A stretch of 64,000 nt of DNA, taken from positions 1,641 to 65,640 of the forward strand of contig CAWVXU010000004.1 of assembly GCA_963934255.1 (NCBI GenBank), in the 5' to 3' direction. Origin of the DNA: an uncultured Fibrobacterales bacterium. Lineage in GTDB: Bacteria; Fibrobacterota; Fibrobacteria; Fibrobacterales; CAWVXU01. How positions within the stretch are numbered: position 1 is the stretch's first letter; every line of letters begins with the position of its first letter. Under the pieces are notes generated by a model. It saw only the letters and a program-made list of their open reading frames with translations, was not told the origin of the DNA and did no database searches. Positions 1 through 10,130 of the stretch are shown piece by piece. The position numbers and the translations under genes were made by a program.

Positions 1-246
1 TTTAGCCCAAATGCCATCTCTTTTAAGTAAAGATTTAACTGTATCAGAAGGTTGTGCACCTTTTTTGAGCCAGTCAATAATTGCATCAGATTCGAAACGA
101 ATGATTGCAGGGTTTTGGTTAGGATCATAGAATCCAACCATTTCTAGGAATTTCCCATCACGCGGTGCGCGGCTGTCCGCTACAACCACACGGTATATGG
201 GATTACGTTTTCTTCCTTTACGGGTCAAGCGAATACGTGTTGCCAT
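1..246 (-). CDS. rpsP: 30S ribosomal protein S16 (3' end runs off the left window edge)
   Basis: Not in the ORF track because there is no stop in the window. Reverse-strand translation from ATG at 246-244 gives MATRIRLTRKGRKRNPIYRVVVADSRAPRDGKFLEMVGFYDPNQNPAIIRFESDAIIDWLKKGAQPSDTVKSLLKRDGIWAK, a typical S16 sequence. It lies directly downstream of ffh, the conserved ffh-rpsP order. Confidence 0.9.
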   Translation of the reverse strand, partial: MATRIRLTRKGRKRNPIYRVVVADSRAPRDGKFLEMVGFYDPNQNPAIIRFESDAIIDWLKKGAQPSDTVKSLLKRDGIWAK

Positions 247-388
247 GTTTACTCCAATGTTTAAAATAAGGTTTATGATGGCCAAATTTACTAAAAACTG
301 ACTTAAAACAAAGATGATTTAAAGAGATTAGTTAAAAAATGTATTGGATTTATACAAAATAGAGTTTGTGGCGGTTAATTTGGGCAAA

Positions 389-1729
389 TTACCCAAACAT
401 TCCTGGCATTTTAGGCATACCTTTGCCACCACCCATTTTTTTTGACATCTGAGTCATTTGCTTCATCATTTTTTTCATTTCATCAAATTGTTTTAAAACT
501 TGATTAACGCCTTGAGCAGTTGAGCCTGAACCATTTGCGATACGTTTGCGACGACTACCATTAAGTATTTTTGGATACTTGCGCTCTTTAGGGGTCATTG
601 AACTGAGAATTGCTTCAACGGTGACCAATTGTTTGGGGTCAAAATCGCCCATAGGAAGTTTATTCATCCCTGGAATCATTTTCATAATATCAGTGATTGA
701 TCCAAGTTTTTTAATGGTACGAAGTTGATTGAGGAAGTCATCAAGATCAAATTTGTTGTTCATAATTTTCTTAGCAAGATTTTTAGCGTCTTTTTCGCTA
801 ATAACGTCTTTGGCTTTTTCAACTAATGAAACAACATCGCCCATGCCTAATATGCGGCCAGCCATGCGGTCGGGGTGGAAAATTTCTAATTCGTGTAATT
901 TTTCGCCAACGCCAACAAATCGAATAGGGACACCGGTCATTTTTTTAATAGAAAGTGCAGCCCCGCCACGAGTATCACCGTCTAATTTTGATAAACAAAC
1001 ACCGGTGAAATTTAGCTGTTCGAAGAATTCTTGAGCGACATTGACTGCTTCTTGTCCAATCATTGCATCTGCGACAAAAAACTTTTCATCTGGTTGAACG
1101 ACTTCAACGATGTCCTCTAGTTCTTTCATGAGCTTTGTGTCGACTTGTAATCGACCAGCAGTATCATAAATTATAACGTCAAAACCATTGTCAATCGCAT
1201 ATTCTTTTGCGTTTTTAACTATTTCAACAGGATTTCCTTGGCCTTCATCATAGACTGGGATTCCAAGGCTTTTACCTAGAACTTGTAATTGCTTAATTGC
1301 TGCTGGACGGTAAACATCAGCTGCCACAAGTAACGGTTTTTTCTTTTGCTTTTGTCTTAAATAAAGGGCGATTTTGCCAGAAAAAGTCGTTTTACCTGAT
1401 CCTTGAAGGCCAACCATCAAAATACCAAAAGGATTCTTGCCCTTAAAGTGTATCTCATCAGCTTCATCACCCATGATGTGAACAAGTTCATCATGGATAA
1501 TTTTGACAATTTGTTGACCAGGGGAGACCGATAACAATACATCGGCCCCTAATGCTTTGAGCTTTACTGCATTGACAAACTCTTTTGTGACCTTAAAATT
1601 GACGTCAGCCTCTAAAAAGGCTCTGCGAACTTCTCTTAGTGACTCAGCAACGTTCTCTTCTGTAAGAGTTCCTTGGCCTTTTAAATTTTTAAGTGTGGAT
1701 TCTAATTTGTCTGAAAGTAGTGAAAACAC
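389..1729 (-). CDS. ffh: Signal recognition particle protein Ffh
   Basis: SRP54-type GTPase motifs (GLQGSGKTT, DTAGR, KLDGD) and a Met-rich C-terminal M domain (MKKMMKQMTQMSKKMGGGKGMPKMPGMFG). I prefer the GTG start at 1729 (AAGGAG plus 6 nt, giving MFSLLSDKLES) over the track start at 1759. Confidence 0.95.
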   Translation of the reverse strand: MFSLLSDKLESTLKNLKGQGTLTEENVAESLREVRRAFLEADVNFKVTKEFVNAVKLKALGADVLLSVSPGQQIVKIIHDELVHIMGDEADEIHFKGKNPFGILMVGLQGSGKTTFSGKIALYLRQKQKKKPLLVAADVYRPAAIKQLQVLGKSLGIPVYDEGQGNPVEIVKNAKEYAIDNGFDVIIYDTAGRLQVDTKLMKELEDIVEVVQPDEKFFVADAMIGQEAVNVAQEFFEQLNFTGVCLSKLDGDTRGGAALSIKKMTGVPIRFVGVGEKLHELEIFHPDRMAGRILGMGDVVSLVEKAKDVISEKDAKNLAKKIMNNKFDLDDFLNQLRTIKKLGSITDIMKMIPGMNKLPMGDFDPKQLVTVEAILSSMTPKERKYPKILNGSRRKRIANGSGSTAQGVNQVLKQFDEMKKMMKQMTQMSKKMGGGKGMPKMPGMFG

Positions 1730-1843
1730 TTGCGGCTCCTTTATGCATGATGTGTGCAAACTAGAAAATCATAGCTTAACTATCAATTAATGATTTTAGC
1801 TAAAAATTGTGTTATAATAAGTTCAAATGAATAGGGTCTAATT

Positions 1844-4057
1844 ATGAGTCTGAGACTAAAATTAATTGGAGGATTGTTATTGTGTTTCACAGTTGCGCTT
1901 ATCACCATATTTTATGGAGCAATTAGTGGTCAAAAAATTTCAGATGAAGCCGAAAACTTAAGAACGGGTGCTTTTCCTGCTTTAGAGGAGGCACGGGCCC
2001 TCACTGAGATTGTTAACCGTGTGAAATTGAATTTCCAAGATGCTTTAGAAACTTCTGATCAGGATTATTTAGACGAGGCGATGTTGGCACAATATGAGTT
2101 CTCACGATTGACTCAAAATATTTATGTAAAAACGGGTGACAAAGAAATTATCGACTTGGGTAAGCTTTTTCATGATTATGTAACCATATCAACAATTTAT
2201 GTAGAAGCTGTGATTGCTGGTATTCCTCTGAATATTATGGTTGATTTGGGTGCTAGTGAATTAGATCGCAGAATTAATCACTTCACGGATAGCAAAAAGA
2301 AAGCCTTTGTAAATAGTCTTGTACTTGTAGAATCTGAAGCAATATCATTTAAGCAAACCTTTGTCGTGCTTGGTAGTTTCGCAATCATTGTCATCGGAAT
2401 GATTTTAATCGTAGTATTTAATATTCAAAAAAGACTCGCCGGAATTGTCAAGCATGCGGTTAATTTGGCACGAGGCAATCTTGACAAAAAAATTATAGCT
2501 AAAAGAGATGATGAATTAGGTGCATTAGAAAATACATTTGAAGGCATGCGTGTGGCATTAAAGACTCACATTGGTGCTTTGGATGAATTGGTTGAAGAGC
2601 GCACATCTGAACTAAATTTTGCCAAAAATCAAACCCAAGAGTTACTTGATAATATTGATCAAGGAATCCTTGTTATGAATAAAAATGGTATTATTGGTGA
2701 ACAGTTTTCTAAAAAAGCAATTGAGATTTTTGAAGGCTCAATATTAGATGGCCAAATCTTACCAGCATTGTTAAATGCTAGCATTGAAGATGCTAATGTT
2801 TTTAATGTTTGGCTAAGAACAATACTGAAGCCGCAGTTTCAAAAAGTATGGAAAGAGCGTGGTTTAGATCGTTTGAATCCTTTCAATGTCGTTATGTTGG
2901 AAAAAAAAGGAGTAAACCACTATTATAACTTTGATTTTGAATTGGTTTTTAATTCAAATGATGAGGTTGAATTTGTGATGGTACTTGTCAATGATATAAC
3001 TAAAATCAAACAAATAGAAGACGCCAGAGAAGAACAAGAACATCAAGTCTCCAGGCTTTTGGCTTTTATAGATAATGACATGGATTCAATTCGTTTCTTC
3101 ATTGGGTATTGCCGTGAACTAATAAATAAGGTGTCAGAAACAAGCAGTGAAGAAATCCTTTATAATCAAGAAAATTGGATGAGAGAGCTTCATACAATTC
3201 GTGGTAATGCTGGAAGTTATGGGCTTTTGGCTTTAACCAAGTGTGCTGCTAATATTGAAACTCATGTAGTAGAGTACACAAAGTTTGGTGAGACTAAATG
3301 GCTTGAATCGGTTGAATTGTTCAGACAAGAATTGAATATTATTGAAAAAATTTGTCAAAAAATCACAAATACCGATGATTCACGCATACAAATCAGTAAA
3401 CCAAGGTATCAGCTTGTTCTTGATGGAATCTTTCGAGTTCCACCCGAGATTGAAAAAATTAAAGCTCATATCCTTCAGTTACCTTATCGGGAGTTAAGGT
3501 CCTTCCATAAGAAATACAACAAAATACTCATTGATGCATCTGATCGATTCGCCAAGGGTGAGATAACCTTAAGGCTAAGTCCAGAAAATTATTTACTACC
3601 AAATAAATTCTTTCAAGTTTTAGATGGACCTCTAGTTCATATGTTGAGAAATTCAGTTGACCATGGAATTGAATCCCCTAGAGAAAGACATGAATTAAAG
3701 AAGGAATCGCCTTATATTCAACTTGATATAAGTGAAACAAATAATGAATATGTGGTCTCCTATTTTGATGATGGTCGGGGTTTAGACCCTGCTTCATTGC
3801 GCCAAAGTTCAGTGGTTAAAGGGATTTATTCAAGTTCTGAAGCAAAAAATATGAGTGATTCTGAAATGCTTCGTGTCATATTTATGCATGGCTTTACTTC
3901 CAAAAATGAAGTTGGGTGTTTTTCAGGTCGAGGAGTGGGGATGGACGTTGTTCATCATGCGATTGAGGCAGTAAAGGGTTCAATTGAAATTAATAATACC
4001 CCCAAAGAGGGTCTAGAATTTATAATTCATATTCCAAAATCTTCAATTCTGCTATAA
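1844..4057 (+). CDS. Membrane sensor kinase: 2 TM + HAMP + PAS-like + HPt + CheA-type HATPase core
   Basis: There are two hydrophobic segments (aa ~6-28 and ~172-195). A HAMP-like stretch follows (AVNLARGNLDKKIIAKRDDELGALENTFEGM). The HPt motif is ELHTIRGNAGSYGLLALTKCAANIE. The catalytic core closely resembles CheA (GPLVHMLRNSVDHGIE ... DDGRGLD ... FSGRGVGMDVV). I saw no CheW-like C-terminal domain. Confidence 0.8.
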   Translation: MSLRLKLIGGLLLCFTVALITIFYGAISGQKISDEAENLRTGAFPALEEARALTEIVNRVKLNFQDALETSDQDYLDEAMLAQYEFSRLTQNIYVKTGDKEIIDLGKLFHDYVTISTIYVEAVIAGIPLNIMVDLGASELDRRINHFTDSKKKAFVNSLVLVESEAISFKQTFVVLGSFAIIVIGMILIVVFNIQKRLAGIVKHAVNLARGNLDKKIIAKRDDELGALENTFEGMRVALKTHIGALDELVEERTSELNFAKNQTQELLDNIDQGILVMNKNGIIGEQFSKKAIEIFEGSILDGQILPALLNASIEDANVFNVWLRTILKPQFQKVWKERGLDRLNPFNVVMLEKKGVNHYYNFDFELVFNSNDEVEFVMVLVNDITKIKQIEDAREEQEHQVSRLLAFIDNDMDSIRFFIGYCRELINKVSETSSEEILYNQENWMRELHTIRGNAGSYGLLALTKCAANIETHVVEYTKFGETKWLESVELFRQELNIIEKICQKITNTDDSRIQISKPRYQLVLDGIFRVPPEIEKIKAHILQLPYRELRSFHKKYNKILIDASDRFAKGEITLRLSPENYLLPNKFFQVLDGPLVHMLRNSVDHGIESPRERHELKKESPYIQLDISETNNEYVVSYFDDGRGLDPASLRQSSVVKGIYSSSEAKNMSDSEMLRVIFMHGFTSKNEVGCFSGRGVGMDVVHHAIEAVKGSIEINNTPKEGLEFIIHIPKSSILL

Positions 4058-4145
4058 AATCTCAATTCCAAATCAATATCTGAACTATTTGACCAATGAT
4101 TTTTTATCTTTGTATCGGAATTTTTTTTACTAACTGGAATTACGA

Positions 4146-5618
4146 ATGAACTATTTTAACACTCTTCCTTTACGTGTTCAACTTGAAGAACTCGGCAAAT
4201 GTCGTTTCATGGACTCTTCAGAATTTAATGGCGTCGAGGCGCTTTTAGGTAAAAAGATCGTTATTGTAGGTTGTGGCGCTCAAGGCTTAAACCAAGGTCT
4301 TAATATGAGAGATTCGGGTCTTGATATCTCTTATGCACTTCGTGATGCAGCGATTTCTGAAAAACGTCAATCCTATATAAACGCATCTGAAAATGATTTT
4401 ACTGTTGGAACATATAAAGAGCTTATCCCTACTGCGGACTTAGTTCTTAACTTGACTCCAGATAAACAACATACTCCTGTTGTTTCAGCTATTATGCCTC
4501 TTATGAAAAAGAACTCGGCTTTGGCTTATTCACACGGTTTTAATATCGTTGAAGAAGGAATGCAAGTTCGCGAAGACATCACTGTTGTGATGGTAGCTCC
4601 TAAGTCTCCTGGCTCTGAAGTTCGTGAAGAATACAAGCGTGGATTTGGTGTTCCAACTCTTATCGCTGTTCACCGCGAAAATGACTCTGAAGGCAAAGGC
4701 TGGGATTACGCTAAAGCTTACGCTTGTGCAACAGGTGGTGATCGCGCTGGTGTTTTGGCTTCGTCATTTGTAGCTGAAGTTAAATCTGACCTTATGGGTG
4801 AGCAAACTATTCTTTGTGGTATGCTTCAAACTGGATCAATCCTGTGCTACGAGCATATGGTTTCTAATGGAATTAGTTCAGCCTGGGCTCAAGATTTCAT
4901 CCAATATGGTTGGGAAGTCATTTGTGAGGCATTGAAACACGGTGGAATCACTAACATGATGGATCGTCTTTCTAATCCAGCAAAAGTAAAAGCTTTTGAA
5001 ATTTCAGAAAATTTAAAAGGCATTATGCGTCCTTTATACCAAAAACATCAAGACGATATCATTTCAGGATTCTTTTCTGAAGGTATGATGAAAGATTGGG
5101 CTGACGGAGATGCAAAACTTCTTGGGTGGAGAGAAGCAACTGGAAAAACTGCATTTGAACAGGCTAAAGGCGCAAACTCAGAAATTGATGAGCAAGAGTA
5201 CTTTGATAAAGGTCTTTTAATGGTGGCTATGGTTCGTGCTGGTGTTGAACTTTCTTTTGAAGCAATGGTTGATGCAGGTATGATGCCTGAATCTGCATAT
5301 TATGAGTCGCTTCATGAGACACCTCTTATCGCAAACACAATTTCTCGCAAAAAACTTTATGAAATGAATAAAATAATTTCTGATACGGCTGAATATGGAT
5401 GTTACTTGTTCTCAAATGCATGTATACCTCTTCTTGAAGACTTCATGAAAGAAGTTCCAAGTGAGTGGGTAGGTAAAGATTTCAATGCAAGCTTGACTTC
5501 TATGAAAGTAGATAACAAAGCTCTTATTGAAGTAAATGAGACTCTTCGTAATCATGAAGTAGAATACATTGGTGAAGAGCTTCGCTCATATATGACTTCA
5601 ATGCAAAAAATTGTTTAA
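4146..5618 (+). CDS. ilvC: Ketol-acid reductoisomerase, long (class II) form
   Basis: 490 aa. The N-terminus [22 protein letters not shown] matches the E. coli-type IlvC N-terminus. A Rossmann motif [12 protein letters not shown] is present. Confidence 0.95.
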   Translation: MNYFNTLPLRVQLEELGKCRFMDSSEFNGVEALLGKKIVIVGCGAQGLNQGLNMRDSGLDISYALRDAAISEKRQSYINASENDFTVGTYKELIPTADLVLNLTPDKQHTPVVSAIMPLMKKNSALAYSHGFNIVEEGMQVREDITVVMVAPKSPGSEVREEYKRGFGVPTLIAVHRENDSEGKGWDYAKAYACATGGDRAGVLASSFVAEVKSDLMGEQTILCGMLQTGSILCYEHMVSNGISSAWAQDFIQYGWEVICEALKHGGITNMMDRLSNPAKVKAFEISENLKGIMRPLYQKHQDDIISGFFSEGMMKDWADGDAKLLGWREATGKTAFEQAKGANSEIDEQEYFDKGLLMVAMVRAGVELSFEAMVDAGMMPESAYYESLHETPLIANTISRKKLYEMNKIISDTAEYGCYLFSNACIPLLEDFMKEVPSEWVGKDFNASLTSMKVDNKALIEVNETLRNHEVEYIGEELRSYMTSMQKIV

Positions 5619-5695
5619 TTTAAACTTTAAACTTTGAATTTTTAATCAAATTGACTTTAAAGTTCACTTTAAACAAACAATAGTTAAGTTAGAGA

Positions 5696-5727
5696 CCACC
5701 TAGGGATACCTTAGGTGGTTTTTTTTT
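5696..5727 (+). terminator. Rho-independent terminator after ilvC
   Basis: Stem CCACCTAgg / ccTTAGGTGG followed by a run of 9 T. Confidence 0.7.
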
Positions 5728-5736
5728 GAGGTTTTT

Positions 5737-6291
5737 ATGTCCAAGCTAGTGAGTGCGACTGATTGTGCCATCATTCTCATTGATGTTCAAGAGAAGTTAC
5801 TGCCCGTAATGAGCGAATCAGAGCAGATTTTAAAAAAGATAACTCTAGTATTAGAGTTAGCGATAGCTCTTGAATTGCCTGTGATTGTTTCTCAGCAATA
5901 CTCAAAAGGCTTGGGAGAGACAGTTGACAAACTTCAATTACTATTAAGTACACTCAAACTTAAAAGTCTTCTCCATATAATCGAAAAAACCAAGTTTAGT
6001 CTTTATGATAATGCTATAGATTATTTGAAGAATTTGGATAAAAGACAGCTAATTATTATGGGAATTGAATCGCATATTTGCGTTTTACAGTCGGCCGTTG
6101 AATTGAGTGATGAATTTGATGTTTTTGTCGTCGAGGATACTGTGTCGTCTACTCAAAAAAATTTTAAAGACCTAGCAATAGATAGATTAGGTCAACTAGG
6201 GATTCAGATAATCAATACTCAAATGCTTGGGTTTGAGTTATTAGGGGGTTCACACCACACAGAGTTTAAAAATTTTTCAAAAAAGATTTAA
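5737..6291 (+). CDS. Isochorismatase-family cysteine hydrolase
   Basis: AIILIDVQEKLLP near the N-terminus and LIIMGIESHICVLQSA (catalytic Cys context) are typical of the isochorismatase/YcaC-like family. Confidence 0.8.
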   Translation: MSKLVSATDCAIILIDVQEKLLPVMSESEQILKKITLVLELAIALELPVIVSQQYSKGLGETVDKLQLLLSTLKLKSLLHIIEKTKFSLYDNAIDYLKNLDKRQLIIMGIESHICVLQSAVELSDEFDVFVVEDTVSSTQKNFKDLAIDRLGQLGIQIINTQMLGFELLGGSHHTEFKNFSKKI

Positions 6292-6365
6292 AGCTGAAAA
6301 TTTACTTGTGATATGCATCAATAAATAGGACAATCATGAGATCAAATAAACAGTGAGACGCTCAG

Positions 6366-6746
6366 ATGGCTAATGTTGTAGTGGTAGATGATTCAGAATA
6401 TATGGTCAACGTATTGAAGCAATTCTTGCAGTCTATTGGGCACCAAGTTGTGGGTTTTGGGTTAGATGGCAATGAGGGCTATAACCTCTATCGTAAACAT
6501 AGCCCAGATTTAATGATACTTGATTTAACTATGCCAAATCGCCATGGACGTGAATGCCTGTTTGACGTTCTTGATTGGGACCCAGACGCCAAGGTTTTAA
6601 TTGTGTCTACTGTTAAAAATGAAATGACGATTTTGGAATGTCTAGAAAGAGGAGCAAAAGGGTTTGTTGAAAAGCCACTTAAATTTTCCAGTCCAGCTTT
6701 CTGTGATGAATTTAAGACAACTATTGAAAATGCATTAAACGGCTAG
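6366..6746 (+). CDS. Single-domain CheY-like response regulator receiver
   Basis: 126 aa. It has VVVDDSEYM (acidic pair), LMILDLTMPNRHG (phospho-acceptor Asp context), LIVSTV and FVEKPL (conserved Lys). There is no output domain. Confidence 0.85.
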   Translation: MANVVVVDDSEYMVNVLKQFLQSIGHQVVGFGLDGNEGYNLYRKHSPDLMILDLTMPNRHGRECLFDVLDWDPDAKVLIVSTVKNEMTILECLERGAKGFVEKPLKFSSPAFCDEFKTTIENALNG

Positions 6747-6763
6747 TTAGTTGAGGAGTCAGT

Positions 6764-8845
6764 ATGATATATCGAATTTTGAATCAAGTATCAACAGATT
6801 TCTTTGAATCCCTGGAAGGCTCCGCAGGCGAACATCTTGAGTTTTTATCTTCAGAAGATTTCAACTTAAATCAATTTGTCCCTAGTGGCGATATTGTTTC
6901 TGTGATTGATTTTGCGGGGCTTATTACGGGGTTTGTCGCTATTACTATGTCAAAAGAAACTTTGAATAATATTGTTTCCCCATTGTTTCCTCATAAAGAT
7001 AGTGAAAGCCTACGACTACAAGGGGAGTTTCTAAAAGAAATTACAAATGGAATAACCGGGACAACTATTGAAATTTTGAGAGAAAGCCACCCATTAGTGA
7101 CTGGGTTAAAGCCTAAACTGCTCAAGGGAGAACTGAGTTTTCCTAAAACTCCATGTTATAATAAACTTATTAAGACTAGTCAGGGTGATGTTTGTTTTAG
7201 TATTGCTGTCGATTATATGACTATGGATATAAGACATTTTGTAGATAAAATTAAAGGTTTGGAAGTACAGCTTCGTGAATCAATTTCTCAAATGGAGTTC
7301 AAAAGAGATGAGTCCGAAGCCCATTTTAGATCAAAAAATGAATACCTCGTGGCACACTCTACGCAAACAAATCAAAATGTAGAAGATCTTCAAGGTTATT
7401 CTGATATGATTCTTGATAAACGCATAAATGAAGATCAAAGAGAAAGTTTAGATGCGTTAAAAAACGTCTCAGAAGGTCTTCTTTCCCTAATATACGACAC
7501 ATTTAAGAACAAAAGTCGGATTAAAAAAGGAGCTGCAGTTGACGAGCTTCCCTTTAATATTGTTCATCTACTGCAAGAAGTTTGTGACTCAATTGGAAAT
7601 CAAGAAATATACAGAAACCGTTCCATTGTTTTAGATACGATTGATGTTCAACATGAGGTTATTGGAGATCCTTTAAAAATTGGAGAGGTCGTTCAAGCAC
7701 TTGTTGTCAATGCGCTTGAATTTTCCGAAGTGAAAGATGAAATTCATGTATCCCTAGATCAGCGAGTAATTGACGATGAATTAGTTGCCTTTGAATTTAA
7801 AATTCACGTAGATTCAGAGAGCTCTGGCTCTACCCTTGATGACATATATGATGAATTATCAGGTGAATTCCTTTATGGTAAGGTTGAAAATGGACATTTG
7901 ATTCATGAATCAAGAACAAAAATTGAAGCTATGGGCGGCTGTATAGGTTTTAGATCTGAAACTAACTCAGGTACTTCTTTTGCTTTTTCACTCACTTTAA
8001 GCCGTGATATCTCTGAAGGAGCTAATGGCCATATTGTGTCAGAATTAAACGGAAAATCCATACTTATTATTGAGCCAAACCGCATGCAGGCAGATCTATT
8101 TAGAGGTTTATTACAACGAATGGGTATCAGTGTTTCAATTATAAATGATAAGGATAAGTGTATTCAGGCACTCGTTATGAGAACCTATGACTTTGTATTG
8201 TTTTCTGATAAATTGGCAAGTCTTGATGTCTTAGATATATCTCGAGAAATAAAATCCAAATACGGACTTGATGCACCTACAATTGTAACCGTGTTTTCTG
8301 ACGAATTCCATGCAATCAAGCGTGACCTTTTCACATTGCCCTTTTCCGCAATCTTATTTAAACCACTTAATTTTGGTAGTTTTAAGCGGGTACTTCAGAT
8401 TTGTTCTGGAATTGCCTGTGATGATAATCTTGAAAGTATGAATGATACTCGAAGCGAAAGAGTTATAAGATCTCAAGTTAAGATACAATATTTTGGTGGA
8501 GAAGCTTCGCAGGCTTTGATTGGAGTCAATGAAGAACTTTATGCAAAAATGGGGTTGAATGTAGAATGCTTTTATGGTTTTGATTCGCTTAAAGAAGGCT
8601 TGTCAAACAATCAAAAATTACTTGTTTTAGATTTTAATTCTGATAAAGTAATTGAGGCGTTTAAAGACTTAGATTTTGATTCAATTCTAAAAACACATGG
8701 TTTCTTGGGCGTAATTGTTGCAATTGCCAGGGATGCTGAACATGTAAGTCAGGTCAAGCCTCTTAGCTCTCACTTTGATGAGGTACTCCTCGGAACATTA
8801 GGGCAAAAACAAGTTCACGCCCTACTCAGGCGGATGGGGTATTAG
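6764..8845 (+). CDS. Hybrid signalling protein: CheX/CheC-like N-domain + divergent histidine kinase + two degenerate receiver-like domains
   Basis: The N-terminal region carries an E-x2-N motif (FLKEITNGITGTT) resembling the CheC/CheX/FliY phosphatase signature. The H-box is divergent (YLVAHSTQTNQNVEDLQGYSDMIL). The HATPase N-box is VVNALEFS and the G-box region is NSGTSFAFSL. Receiver-like domain 1 has LIIEPN ... FVLFSD ... LFKPL. Receiver-like domain 2 is more degenerate. A GAGGAG RBS lies upstream. Confidence 0.7.
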   Translation: MIYRILNQVSTDFFESLEGSAGEHLEFLSSEDFNLNQFVPSGDIVSVIDFAGLITGFVAITMSKETLNNIVSPLFPHKDSESLRLQGEFLKEITNGITGTTIEILRESHPLVTGLKPKLLKGELSFPKTPCYNKLIKTSQGDVCFSIAVDYMTMDIRHFVDKIKGLEVQLRESISQMEFKRDESEAHFRSKNEYLVAHSTQTNQNVEDLQGYSDMILDKRINEDQRESLDALKNVSEGLLSLIYDTFKNKSRIKKGAAVDELPFNIVHLLQEVCDSIGNQEIYRNRSIVLDTIDVQHEVIGDPLKIGEVVQALVVNALEFSEVKDEIHVSLDQRVIDDELVAFEFKIHVDSESSGSTLDDIYDELSGEFLYGKVENGHLIHESRTKIEAMGGCIGFRSETNSGTSFAFSLTLSRDISEGANGHIVSELNGKSILIIEPNRMQADLFRGLLQRMGISVSIINDKDKCIQALVMRTYDFVLFSDKLASLDVLDISREIKSKYGLDAPTIVTVFSDEFHAIKRDLFTLPFSAILFKPLNFGSFKRVLQICSGIACDDNLESMNDTRSERVIRSQVKIQYFGGEASQALIGVNEELYAKMGLNVECFYGFDSLKEGLSNNQKLLVLDFNSDKVIEAFKDLDFDSILKTHGFLGVIVAIARDAEHVSQVKPLSSHFDEVLLGTLGQKQVHALLRRMGY

Positions 8846-8857
8846 TTTATTGCTTAA

Positions 8858-10018
<1,161 letters not shown>

Positions 10019-10043
10019 ATTTAATTCTTAATTACAAATTTTT

Positions 10044-10083
10044 AACCACTCTCAAACTATTTTTGAGCGTGGTTTTTCTTTTA
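10044..10083 (+). terminator. Rho-independent terminator after leuB
   Basis: Imperfect stem AACCACtCTCAAA / TTTGAGcGTGGTT followed by a T-rich tract. Confidence 0.6.
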
Positions 10084-10130
10084 TTGTCCTATTCAATTTT
10101 CTACATTTCGGACAAAGAAACGAGATTGCC

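Noticed and set aside
546-1034. Two plus-strand ORFs (60 and 101 aa) and a third at 1557-1790 inside or opposite ffh
   Set aside because: They lie entirely antisense to a strongly supported ffh gene. Their composition is low-complexity (Ser/Leu/Phe/Ile-rich) and none has an RBS. They are typical shadow ORFs.
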